Program-made: the position numbers and the translations under genes
Notes under the pieces: model-generated
Databases searched by the model: none
Told to the model about the DNA's origin: nothing
Seen by the model: the letters and a program-made list of their open reading frames with translations, nothing else
Assembly: GCA_944391075.1 (NCBI GenBank)
Contig: CALXSG010000004.1
Span: forward strand, 10,445-74,444
Length of the DNA: 64,000 nucleotides
From: an uncultured Rickettsiales bacterium
GTDB lineage: Bacteria; Pseudomonadota; Alphaproteobacteria; Rickettsiales; UBA1997
Direction of reading: 5' to 3'
Part shown: positions 17,305 to 28,100 of the stretch, in pieces
Position numbering within the stretch: position 1 is the stretch's first letter
Layout of the letters: every line of letters begins with the position of its first letter

Positions 17305-18384
17305 ATGCTTGAAAATATTAAAGAGAGAATATTAAATGGTGGATCTTCAGATAATATAATATCTAGAAATAATGTTTTATTTTTAATTTTATTATTATTA
17401 TTCATGTTAATGTTTTGTCCATCAAATAAACTTGACTGGCTTGGAGTATTTTTTACAATGTTTAGCACAATGAGCAACGATTCAGTGCAAACACTTGGAA
17501 CTTTTATAACCTCAAATTCAAAAACATCATGGCTAAAAATGTGGCTATATATTGCTATACTATTTATAATAACTTTATTATTAGCATGGTTTCTTAATGA
17601 TTATAGATTAGATTTTAATAAGTTAGTTTTAATTCCGTATCATAATGATAACGATTTTATGCATTATGTTCCACCAATTTTATTGATAATCTTAACTTAT
17701 TATAAAATACCTGTAAGTTCTACATTTTTAATTTTATCAGTATTTGCATCACAAAGAGCAATTAGCATTGTTTTACTAAAAACATTAATTGGTTATACTA
17801 TTGGCTTTGGAATTAGTTATTTGTTATGGAGAATAATATTAAAATTTTTTAAGATTCTTCTATCTAATGAAGGAACTGAAAAAAGGTTAAGAATATGGAA
17901 AAAGCTACAATGGTTATCAACAGGAATTTTGTGGGTTTCTTGGTTAACAAATAATACATCTAATATAGTTGTTTATTTGCCACGAGCATTTTCAGTACAT
18001 GATTTAATATTGTTTTTAATATTAGGTATTCTTTTTATTGGTTTTACTTTTTACAATCATGGCGGACCTATTCAAAAAATTGTTAGTGAAAAAAAAGATA
18101 TTACAAATATTAGATCAACATCTATAATAAACATATCTTTTGCATTCGTCATTTTATTATTAAATAAAGTTAGTAATGCACCTATGGCAACCACATGGGT
18201 TTTTATTGGAATATTAGCCGGCAGAGAGTGGTGTATAGCACAATTAGAAAATGATGGTGTGTTAACATTAAAAGAAAGATACAAACGTGCTAGAAAATTA
18301 ATTTTTAAAGATTTAATTTTAGCAGGTTTAGGAATAGCAATATCTTTAACATTTGCCATGATTAATAATTTTTATATAAAATAG
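17305..18384 (+). CDS. Polytopic integral membrane protein with a tentative PiT/PHO4-like signature
   Basis: About 10 hydrophobic segments. SNDSVQTLGTF has the ND-x5-GT spacing of the PiT motif GANDVANAFGTS. The true start is uncertain (several in-frame Met). Confidence 0.5.
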   Translation: MLENIKERILNGGSSDNIISRNNVLFLILLLLFMLMFCPSNKLDWLGVFFTMFSTMSNDSVQTLGTFITSNSKTSWLKMWLYIAILFIITLLLAWFLNDYRLDFNKLVLIPYHNDNDFMHYVPPILLIILTYYKIPVSSTFLILSVFASQRAISIVLLKTLIGYTIGFGISYLLWRIILKFFKILLSNEGTEKRLRIWKKLQWLSTGILWVSWLTNNTSNIVVYLPRAFSVHDLILFLILGILFIGFTFYNHGGPIQKIVSEKKDITNIRSTSIINISFAFVILLLNKVSNAPMATTWVFIGILAGREWCIAQLENDGVLTLKERYKRARKLIFKDLILAGLGIAISLTFAMINNFYIK

Positions 18385-18392
18385 GAGAGAAT

Positions 18393-19118
18393 ATGGAAAA
18401 TATTTTTTATATTATAACATCTTTAATATTTGGTTCAGTATTTGGAAGTTTTATTACGGCAGCTAGTTATCGTTTACCGCGAAATGAGACAATGTGGACT
18501 AGATCACATTGTCCTAAATGCAACAAAATATTAAAGCCAATTTCATTAATACCAATATTTTCATGGTTATTTCAAAAAGGAAGATGTTTAAATTGTGGTG
18601 AAAAAATTTCTATAAGATATCCATTGACAGAAATTATAACAGCCATTTTATTTTTATTATCATACTTAAAATTTGGCTATAATTTTAATACAATAATAGT
18701 TGATGCTTTTATGGTTATTGGTATGATAATGATAGTTTCTGACTTAGAAACATATACAATACCGGATTCCACACAACTTGCTTTATTAATTACAGCTATA
18801 ATATTTAATTTATATAATGATTTTGATTTATTATATTCAACATTTTCTGCATTAATTTATTTTGCAATGATATTTGTTTCAAGTTTAATAGTATCAAAAT
18901 GGAAGAAAAAAGATGCAATAGGTGGTGCAGATCTTAAATTAATAACCATTTGTGGTCTAGTTTTAGGTATTCTGGCTTTACCTTTATTCTTTTTATTCTC
19001 AGGTTTATTTGGTATAGTATTTGGTTTAGCATGGCAAAAAATTAAAAAGAATGAATATTTCCCATTTGGTCCTGCATTAATTGCATCATTCTTATTTTTA
19101 ATATTTTATTTATCTTAA
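18393..19118 (+). CDS. pilD: Prepilin peptidase / N-methyltransferase (A24 family, PilD-like)
   Basis: Zinc-ribbon-like CPKC...CLNCG pair, and catalytic Asp contexts (SDLETYTIPD and GGADLKL) typical of A24 peptidases. Confidence 0.88.
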   Translation: MENIFYIITSLIFGSVFGSFITAASYRLPRNETMWTRSHCPKCNKILKPISLIPIFSWLFQKGRCLNCGEKISIRYPLTEIITAILFLLSYLKFGYNFNTIIVDAFMVIGMIMIVSDLETYTIPDSTQLALLITAIIFNLYNDFDLLYSTFSALIYFAMIFVSSLIVSKWKKKDAIGGADLKLITICGLVLGILALPLFFLFSGLFGIVFGLAWQKIKKNEYFPFGPALIASFLFLIFYLS

Positions 19119-19120
19119 TA

Positions 19121-19912
19121 TTAATTAGCCATATTAATATATTCTTCAACAGTTAACTCCTCAGCTCTCTTATTTAAATCAATATTGTTTATGGAAGATG
19201 GAGTTAGTATTTGTTGTTTTAATAATGATTCAACAGCATTTTTAATCTTTTTCCTTCTTTGACTAAATAGATTCTGTGTGATGATACCTAATTTTTTAAT
19301 ATTAATATTATTAATATTCTGTTTAGGTTTAATATAAACAACAGAGGACATAACTTTAGGAGGAGGAATAAAAGACTCCGGCTTTATATCAAACATTTTT
19401 TTAGCATCACATAAAGCCTGAGTAATAATCGATAACCTACCATAATCTTTTGTGCAAGGTTTCGCAATAATTCTCTCTACAACTTCCTTTTGTAATAACA
19501 AAGTAAAACTTTCAAATAAATTAATATTATTTAACCACTTAATCAATAAATTAGTTCCAACATTATATGGGAGATTGGCAATAATATTAATATTATTGTC
19601 AAAATATTCATTCTCATGAATTTTTAAAGCATCTTCATTTATTACTTGAAAATTATTATATTGTTTAAATTCAATTTTTAAAATTTCAAATAAATCATTA
19701 TCTATTTCAATAGAAATAAGTTTTTTAGGTTCTTTTTTTAATATTGCAGAAGTTAAGCCACCTGGCCCTGGTCCAACTTCTAAAACATTTTTATTTTTAA
19801 TATCGCCCGCAACATCAACAATTTTATTTAATATAACATCACTTGTAAGAAAATTTTGTCCAAATTTCTTTTTTGTAATAAGATTATATTTTTTTATAAT
19901 TTCCATAATCAA
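19121..19912 (-). CDS. rsmA: 16S rRNA (adenine1518/1519-N6)-dimethyltransferase
   Basis: KKFGQNFL, VLEVGPGPGGLT and NLPYNVGT motifs. Confidence 0.93.
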   Translation of the reverse strand: MIMEIIKKYNLITKKKFGQNFLTSDVILNKIVDVAGDIKNKNVLEVGPGPGGLTSAILKKEPKKLISIEIDNDLFEILKIEFKQYNNFQVINEDALKIHENEYFDNNINIIANLPYNVGTNLLIKWLNNINLFESFTLLLQKEVVERIIAKPCTKDYGRLSIITQALCDAKKMFDIKPESFIPPPKVMSSVVYIKPKQNINNINIKKLGIITQNLFSQRRKKIKNAVESLLKQQILTPSSINNIDLNKRAEELTVEEYINMAN

Positions 19913-22900
19913 TTATTTATTTATCTTATCTTTAACACTAGCAACCACTTTACCAGGTACAGATTTGATACCATTCCAAGCTTTACCAGGAGCTTCTTTT
20001 GCAAAATTATAAGCAGTACTTGCACCTCTTTTAATACCATTCCAAGCTTTGCCAGGAGCTTCTTTTACTGTAGTATAAGCCTTAACAGCACCATCCTTTA
20101 TATCATTTGCTTTTTGAATAGCAGCATTTTTAATATTTTCTCCTCTTTGTTGCCATGTTTCTTTCTTGAAATTTTTAGCTACATTACCCCAAGTTCTCTT
20201 AACTCCTGCCGTAAAGCCATCTCTATTCCATTCTTTAAATCCATCTCGAACATATCTACCAAATTTTTTACCTGCATTAACAGCAACTTTTTCCGTACCC
20301 TTTGCAATTTTAGCAACATCTTTAATTCTATTTCTGAATTTTTCACCAGTACCTCCAAAGCTCATATTTCCTTCAGCATCATCTGGTGCAGAAAATATTC
20401 TCTTTGAAAAATTTGGTATTTCATCTAACACTTTTACCATCATATATATAACAACTAATACACCACATAAATAACTAAAAATAGCCAATGGATTTTTATA
20501 TATATGACTAACCGAATAAAAAAGGGCATCCAAACCAAAAAAATTTAATATTTTTTCACCAAAAGCCTTTTCACCTTCTGCTGGGCTATTAGGATTATTT
20601 GCAATAAAACATAAAAAACTTAAACCATTATCATCACAAGTTACAGATGGTAATCTACCAGTATAAGGATCATGGCCATAATATCTACCATCACCAAGTA
20701 CTACATCATCTATTGTTAATAATGCAAAACCTATAAAACCCATTAATAATATCATCTGAAAACAAGCACCCATTAAGTTGGAGAGCCAATTATCAAAAAT
20801 ACCTTTATATTTTGCTATTAACAAAAATGGAAAAATAAAAGGTGAAACAAAAATTAATAATGTAATCATCATAATATTTGTAATATATATATAAAATACC
20901 TTAAAAGATAAGACAAAAACTAAGAATAACATAAATGTTAGTACAAACACTACAAGCATACCAAAAGTTGCACTAAAAAGACAAGATATTAAAAATACAA
21001 TTAATGTTCCACTGCTTACACTTATACCATAATAATTTAATATCTTACAATCTAGTGTATCAAACACCATCAAATATTCTTTACCATCAGGGTATTCGTT
21101 ATCACCAAAATAGCAACCATCATATCTATCACTATATGATGCAACAGGATTACCATTTTCATCATAATCTGTATAGTAACGACAGTTACTGTAATATGTA
21201 TTCTCCATAATTTGTTGATTATCATCATTAGATATTAATAATGACGTTTTATATTCAATATCGACAGGTAATTCTGTTGGTAATACACTTACATCTTCTA
21301 TTATCTTATCTTCTTCTAAACCAACAGGAGTAATTTTAACCTTGTTATATTGAGGTGCCATCATATCTTCACTACAATTTGAATAGCACTTTCTAATAAT
21401 AACAATGTTTCCAAATTCATTTGTTTCATTAATGACATCGCATACCTCTTCACCATTAGAAGCATTAATAACATCCTCCGGCAGTTCTTCTACATTTATT
21501 TTTCGATAACCGTTATATAGAATATCAACATCATTAGAATCTGATGGTTCTGATGTAATATAACATATAGTAGCCTTTCCATTTCCAATATTTACACCGT
21601 TATCACCACCACTATTACTTACTATTTTTGTATTAACGTAGCCAGAGCCTCCTCCGCCTCCACCTGTAAGATACATATTTTGACTGGATGTATAATAAGC
21701 AACCATACTCGATGCTCCACCGCCATAATAACCTCCTCCACCACCACTTCCACCCGCATATCCATCTTGTCCACTTCCACCTTTACCAAACACTCCATTA
21801 TTTAAAGCACAATAATTTAATACACTTGCAGAATTTACCCTTTCAAAATTACACTTATTTCCTAATGCATCACAATTTTGAATACATTTATTATTACTTA
21901 TACAATCTTCATAGCTTAAACACAATGAATTATTAATACAATCATTTATAATATCTTGTGTTTTACATATAAAATTATAAGAGCAGCTACCACCAATACC
22001 ACCAGAAGTTAATGTGCCAGGCGATCCAAAACACTGTCTATTATCTTCACTAAAAATATTGTTACTTTGTCCACCTGAATTATTTCCACCACCCCCATCT
22101 CCACCGGAAAATACACCATTATAAGAAATTCCACCACCACCACCGGCAACCATAATTCTAGATTCCAAACTTCTTTGTGTATTAGTACCACTATCAATTA
22201 ACGTTCTAATATCAGTAGCCCCACCACCTCCATGTCCAACAAGATTTTGATAGCCATAACCACCATTTCCACCACCATTATAACCGCCACAAGAAAAATA
22301 ACTTCCATACATATTTTTAATCTCTTGAGAACAATTTTCATTAGATGCTACACCGCCCACATAAATATATAATTTATTCGGTATTAAAACTTTGGTAAGA
22401 TCTAATTCTCCATATGTATAACCACCTTTTCCCACATTAGCTGTGACTAATTGTCCATTAGCACCTATTACTGGATTGCCATTATTTATAGTATTTGTCA
22501 ATTCTGAACTTGCGCCATATAATTCAACAATTATTTTTAAATAATCACTAGATATATTAAATTCATATTCACCAGGTTCTGAATAAACTGTACAATTCTC
22601 AAGAATTTCTCTAGTTTCAGTATAATAACATTGCTTTACCTTACCTTTAGTAGTAATTTCGTGTTCTTTTCTAACATCACATACAACATTTAAAAAATCA
22701 TTTTTATAATCATCATAATCTAAAAAAGAAAATTCAAACATCTTTGCATTCACAAAACGCAAAGCTTCCATTAGCCAATTATAGAATTTTGTTTGCCAAG
22801 CATTAGTTAATGAAAAATATAACACAATAGCTATTTTAATCAACATCATAATAATAGCTTTAACACTTTTTGTATTAAAAACATCAAGTTCACCAGTAAT

Positions 22901-25051
22901 TAAAAATTTGGCAGAAGCTATTACTATTGCTAAAGTAATAAATAATATTATTATATGTCTAACAGTATTTTGAATCCTAAAAAATATATTATTCTCCTGA
23001 GGTAACTCTTCACCAATTATATAATTATATGCATTTTTATCTCCAGAATATTCAGCATTATATTTTTCATGCCTAATTTCACCAGGTTTAGAAAAAGTAT
23101 CGCGTCCACATAAACCTTCGCTATTAACTGTTTCATCGCTAGATTTACAAGAACTTGTACCAGCTATATTTAAAAACATATTTTTTATAGCCTCTGTGAT
23201 ACACTCAGCCATAGGAGATAAAAAACCTCTAGGCCCACCACCTACAAACCCTGCTATTTCTATATCTTCTAATTTAACTGGATATTGAAAATTTTGCCCA
23301 GAACCCTTAGTAAAATCAAAACATACCTCAGGCAAAAATTTATTATGTGTATCATTTTCATCGGTTATAATTGAATACGTAATAGGCATTTCCTCATATT
23401 CCACACAATGCACATTTTGCTCACAAAAATTTTTTACATTACCATATGATGATGCATGCGTACTTGCAACCGCAGTCGATGTTGTTTCCCATATTTTATC
23501 ATAATCTTGTCCATATCTTGACTGCCATTCATCATAATTATTATTTTCCTTATCTTCACTATCAAAAGGATTCTGACAAGATATATAATCACCATCACAG
23601 TATAAATCTTTAATTTCAGTTCCATATGAAACATTAAAATTATAAGGAAACAAATTAGCCGATCTAACACATAATTTTTTTGATTTTGATGAGCCAACAT
23701 AATAAGAATTTTTATCTAGCACACCTTCATATAATTTATAATAAACTTTTCTATCACCTTTAATATTTAAAGAACAAATATGACTATTATTAGCCATACT
23801 CTGATTTGAGCAAAATGCTATACTATGTTGTCTTGATATTGTGTTATTATTCTCTACTGTAAAATCATAATTTAGACCATTTATTTTTGTATAATAACCG
23901 ACATTTTGAGTTAATTTATTTGGTGCATATAAACAAATACCTCCATTACTTCTTTTTTCACAACATTGTTTAGCTAAACTAAAAAGTAATTCACATTCTT
24001 TAGAATTTCTTGAATATTCAGTTCCATTCATATCAATGCATGGATTGCCTTTATAATCGAATCTATCACAAGCATAATTAGCGGTTTGAGAACCTCTAAA
24101 ATAATATCTTTGCTCATTACTCTTATAGCCTTTTTCTCCTTCAATTCTTGGATCAAAACATCCATAATTTGAACTGTATATCATTTTATTATTAACTACA
24201 ATATCATTATATACAGTGTCAATATGATTACTATTTCTAGGTATTGAAAACTCTTCACCTTCGTATAGCATTTCTCTATAAAAGCGATTTTTTTTATTCC
24301 GTGTAGCAATATTCATTCCAGCGCAATTTGTAGCATCACAAAATTTACTATCTATAAGCATAGAAACCACTGGAAAACACTCTTGTTTAAATTTAGTACA
24401 CTTTGAACCATTATCTAAATTAGCAGTCTTTATACAATCATTTATTATATCTTTTTTTAATGTAACAGTTCCATCATTGGCAACACTAAAATAATTATCA
24501 CAATTATATTTACCAGAAAAAATATTTGATAATTTATATTCATAAGAGTTAGAAAATGCTCCAAATGCTGGATACCAATTAATTTTCGGAGTATTTTTAA
24601 CATTACTAGACAATATTGCATATGTATTCCAATCATAACCGCATATTTTTACAGCATCCCTAATTTCATTTATATCGCCAGTAGAAAATTCATTAGTTAA
24701 AGATCTATTATTAAGAATATAGTTCTGTTCTGTCGTTTTAACAGCACTACCACTAGCTGAACAATATAAAGGAATATTGCCATCATCATCAGTAACAAAA
24801 GCTATATTATTGTTTATAACAGATGACAAATCTACTAAAGCATTGTTTATACCTTGTACTAGTATTGTTGCTTTATTACAAGAATCAATATCCCCATCTA
24901 GAGCTGTATAACCTTTATCCTCTTTTAAAAAATCGGAACATTTAACAATAGACGAAGCAAACGACACTTTTAAGCTATAACTCAACAACGATATAGCTAT
25001 ATATAATATTATTTTTAATATAAAATTTACCTTTTTTCTTATTATCTTCAT
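19913..25051 (-). CDS. Giant VirB6/TrbL-like T4SS inner-membrane protein (1712 aa)
   Basis: Domain order:
- Signal peptide.
- Cys-rich ectodomain.
- Glycine-rich loop domain.
- Polytopic core containing the TrbL/VirB6-like segment LIFVSPFIFPFLLIAKYKGIFDNWLSNLMGACFQ.
- Repeat-bearing basic C-tail.
It follows virB3-virB4 and a VirB6 paralog, and it is paralogous to 25129-28158 over multiple motifs. Confidence 0.8.
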   Translation of the reverse strand: MKIIRKKVNFILKIILYIAISLLSYSLKVSFASSIVKCSDFLKEDKGYTALDGDIDSCNKATILVQGINNALVDLSSVINNNIAFVTDDDGNIPLYCSASGSAVKTTEQNYILNNRSLTNEFSTGDINEIRDAVKICGYDWNTYAILSSNVKNTPKINWYPAFGAFSNSYEYKLSNIFSGKYNCDNYFSVANDGTVTLKKDIINDCIKTANLDNGSKCTKFKQECFPVVSMLIDSKFCDATNCAGMNIATRNKKNRFYREMLYEGEEFSIPRNSNHIDTVYNDIVVNNKMIYSSNYGCFDPRIEGEKGYKSNEQRYYFRGSQTANYACDRFDYKGNPCIDMNGTEYSRNSKECELLFSLAKQCCEKRSNGGICLYAPNKLTQNVGYYTKINGLNYDFTVENNNTISRQHSIAFCSNQSMANNSHICSLNIKGDRKVYYKLYEGVLDKNSYYVGSSKSKKLCVRSANLFPYNFNVSYGTEIKDLYCDGDYISCQNPFDSEDKENNNYDEWQSRYGQDYDKIWETTSTAVASTHASSYGNVKNFCEQNVHCVEYEEMPITYSIITDENDTHNKFLPEVCFDFTKGSGQNFQYPVKLEDIEIAGFVGGGPRGFLSPMAECITEAIKNMFLNIAGTSSCKSSDETVNSEGLCGRDTFSKPGEIRHEKYNAEYSGDKNAYNYIIGEELPQENNIFFRIQNTVRHIIILFITLAIVIASAKFLITGELDVFNTKSVKAIIMMLIKIAIVLYFSLTNAWQTKFYNWLMEALRFVNAKMFEFSFLDYDDYKNDFLNVVCDVRKEHEITTKGKVKQCYYTETREILENCTVYSEPGEYEFNISSDYLKIIVELYGASSELTNTINNGNPVIGANGQLVTANVGKGGYTYGELDLTKVLIPNKLYIYVGGVASNENCSQEIKNMYGSYFSCGGYNGGGNGGYGYQNLVGHGGGGATDIRTLIDSGTNTQRSLESRIMVAGGGGGISYNGVFSGGDGGGGNNSGGQSNNIFSEDNRQCFGSPGTLTSGGIGGSCSYNFICKTQDIINDCINNSLCLSYEDCISNNKCIQNCDALGNKCNFERVNSASVLNYCALNNGVFGKGGSGQDGYAGGSGGGGGYYGGGASSMVAYYTSSQNMYLTGGGGGGSGYVNTKIVSNSGGDNGVNIGNGKATICYITSEPSDSNDVDILYNGYRKINVEELPEDVINASNGEEVCDVINETNEFGNIVIIRKCYSNCSEDMMAPQYNKVKITPVGLEEDKIIEDVSVLPTELPVDIEYKTSLLISNDDNQQIMENTYYSNCRYYTDYDENGNPVASYSDRYDGCYFGDNEYPDGKEYLMVFDTLDCKILNYYGISVSSGTLIVFLISCLFSATFGMLVVFVLTFMLFLVFVLSFKVFYIYITNIMMITLLIFVSPFIFPFLLIAKYKGIFDNWLSNLMGACFQMILLMGFIGFALLTIDDVVLGDGRYYGHDPYTGRLPSVTCDDNGLSFLCFIANNPNSPAEGEKAFGEKILNFFGLDALFYSVSHIYKNPLAIFSYLCGVLVVIYMMVKVLDEIPNFSKRIFSAPDDAEGNMSFGGTGEKFRNRIKDVAKIAKGTEKVAVNAGKKFGRYVRDGFKEWNRDGFTAGVKRTWGNVAKNFKKETWQQRGENIKNAAIQKANDIKDGAVKAYTTVKEAPGKAWNGIKRGASTAYNFAKEAPGKAWNGIKSVPGKVVASVKDKINK
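19968..20066 (-). repeat. 66-nt-period direct repeat encoding KEAPGKAWNGIK x2 in the C-terminal tail of the giant VirB6-like protein
   Basis: The 33-nt units at 19968-20000 and 20034-20066 differ at one base (ataccattccaagctttRccaggagcttctttt). Confidence 0.85.
21554..22576 (-). other. ALK/LTK-type glycine-rich domain (Pfam Gly_rich-like) inserted in the VirB6-like protein (residues ~826-1166)
   Basis: Signature string: GEYEFNISSDYLKIIVELYGA...LYIYVGG...CGGYNGGGNGGYG...GHGGGGATDIRT...RIMVAGGGGG...GGDGGGG...GGSGGGGGYYGGG...LTGGGGGGSGYV...GNGKATICY. Confidence 0.7.
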
Positions 25052-25128
25052 TATTTAACCTGTTAAATCTTATTAAATAATATCATAAAAAATCTTATTT
25101 GCAATAAATTAAAATTATATTTTAATAA

Positions 25129-28100
25129 TTATCCTTTATCCTGTTCTTTTTGCGCTGCAACTTTTTCTCTTAACTTTGACGTAGAAGATTTATTGACAAT
25201 CTTTTTTACAGCACCAACAGTAAGACGTTTTACAAATAATACCGTCTGCACTGCTTTTCCAGCAACAACCATTGGATTTACATCAGCACCCAAACCTGGT
25301 ATAGCAGCACTACCTGTTAAAGTTGAGGCTATTCTAGGAACTCTATTTAACATATTATCTAAAACCACTACTAAAATAAGAATAGAAAGTAAAGTAATAA
25401 CATCGTTAATTACTACATCTGTAATACGAAAAATAATACCAAATACCAAATCAGTGCTAATATTTGACATTAAACACAATGGGCTATTACGCTTTATATC
25501 AATAATTTTATCACCTGATTTACAATTTTTTAGATCTGCATTACCTTTAAGTTTATCTAATACATTAATCCATATCTTTTGCATTTCAAGTTCTTTTTGT
25601 TCTTGTGATATTCCCTGTTTTTCTAGATCATTTATTTCTGTATTTAAATAATATGAAACGAAAGCATTTCGTTTACTTGTATAAGCAACAAGATCACCCG
25701 TATCTTGATCATAGCATGCAAAACCACAAACCAATTCTTTATTAGGACCTGAACCAGTGAAAAGTCCACTACCTAACATAAAATTATCAATAATCATAAT
25801 AGATATAGAAACAAATGCTACCATTACAAATGGCTGAATAGCATAACCTAATAAATTTTTAAACCATTTCTGAAAAATTCCATTAAATTTTTTAAATAAT
25901 AATGTTGGAATAATAATTGGAGATAAAAATAATAGTATAGTAATTGCAATCATAGAAGCTACATAAATATATACTATTTTTAATGCAAATATAAATAAAG
26001 TTATTCCTAAAAACATTGAAATAAAACCAATAAATAAACCTAGACCAAATGGCCATATAATAGATAATACATATAATTTAACTATTCCCCAACCAGTACC
26101 ATTGTCAAATGCTGAATAGCCAAAATATTTAGCAATTTTACAATCTAGAGCATCAAAGAAAGATACATATCGTCTATCGCTTGGATAATCATCATAGTTA
26201 TTATCATATTTAGCTATAGCCTCAATAATTTCAGGAGAATCATCTGTAAATCTTAAACTTGTAATATCCCCAAAATAACAACCATCATCTCTAACAAGAT
26301 TACCATGTTCATCAACAAGAGTTTCAAAACCTATCTTTGAAACAGTTGAAAATAATAAATCGTTTAAAGCATAAGTAAATTTAAATATTAAATTATACCA
26401 TGATGTATTTACTGTTAATGCTACAATAAAACTAATTTTTACTATTAACATAACAATATCATATCTACTGCCAAGAGCACCACCTTTTATTAAAACATTA
26501 TAACCATATAAAGATATTGCAAAAGCAATAAACATATATGTAATATTTTTAGTATATCTGATAATATCTTGTAATGGATGTTTGTATGAATCAACACCAT
26601 CTGAAGAAACAATATTAGTATCAAATTCTTGCCCAGCTTTAAATATTTCTCCACTTTCACATTCATTCATATGATTAGGAGTTTCTGATATAACCTTACA
26701 TCTAGTATGACCGGCTTTATTTAATAATAAATTTTTCATAGTTTCAACCACACATTCAACAGCAGGAGCAAATATTGTTTTTGGATACAAATCAACAGCA
26801 CGATTATAAGCAGAATATGAAGCATATCCTGTTGTATTATGAGAATTACCAACTAAATTAAGGCACGCTTTATCTAAATATGGTGAATATGTATTAGCAT
26901 AAATAAATTCAATATTATTATTGCTAACTTGAGTGCAATGTCTATTATATTGAAAGAAATTTTTATTTTTACCTTCACATAATGGATAAACTACACCATT
27001 ATCATTACAATCATCTTTATCATATTGTATTTCGCAATTAGCATAATCTCCGCTATCTTGACACGCCTTCATACTATCTTCATTTGGTATTCTTTCAAAA
27101 ACAGATGTAGCATAATCAGAACCACCTTCTACATTAACATTGTCAGGACATAAATTATATGTTTTAATACAATATCTATTAGTATTTTCTACTTCACTAT
27201 CTACAGTAAAGTTTTTAAATACTTTAAATTTGATATCATCTACTTTACATTCATTATCATAGATTGAACAAAATGTAGCTAAATTATTTTTTTCATTTTT
27301 ATATATACAAACACTTTGTTGCGCCTTTAAACAACACTGATACGCTATATCGAATGCATCACCAGTTTTTGATCTTTTTTCTAAATATCTTTCACATAAA
27401 TAATTACCATAATCATAACCTCTCATATAATATGTTTGATAAGCTTGTTCTTCACCTCTAAAAATATCATAATTCTTAGCTTCAGGTCTTGGATCTATAC
27501 AAGCATAATTAATAATCTCTTCACCATCATACATATTTTCTCTAAACACTCTATCATTCTGTGTAAAATAATTACCACCATCAACAGGTTGACAGGTATT
27601 ATCATTATTACCTTTTTGACATCTTTCTAATGCCACTACACCATCACAATCATTAATATTTCTTACACATTTATTTACTTCAAATTTATATGAGCCATTA
27701 AATGCTCCTCGAGTTGGATAATATTTTTTGATATTAGCAAATGCTGAACAATTACCAGCTTCACAACCTCCTGCTTTATTATAATCATTAATAGCTTGCT
27801 CATTACCATAAGTTAACCAATTTGCACCACATATTTTAAAATTTAAAAGAACACTCTGCGATATACTAAATTTATCCTTAAAATCAAATCCACCAAAACT
27901 CTGATTCCACCAACAATATCCATTATCCATTTCCCATTTTGAATTATCTTTTTCGAATATTATCGGCTCTCCACTTACCCAATTATACCCAATTATTTTA
28001 AAACTCGATGAAAATTTTAGTCCATCTGAACCATCCTCAGTAACTTCATATACTTGTTCAAGTGGTCTACTCAAATTAAGATCAGCAAAAGTATCAGAAA

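Noticed and set aside
19856-20407. 183-aa + strand ORF spanning the rsmA / VirB6-like junction. Similar long antisense ORFs occur at 20166-20474, 25193-25651, 36058-36618, 45807-46205, 52452-52757, 38756-39064 and 2299-2601.
   Set aside because: All lie antisense to genes with strong family signatures. They are F/S/I/L/N-rich as expected from reverse-reading AT-rich codons, and they have no recognisable motifs or RBS context. I treat them as shadow ORFs.
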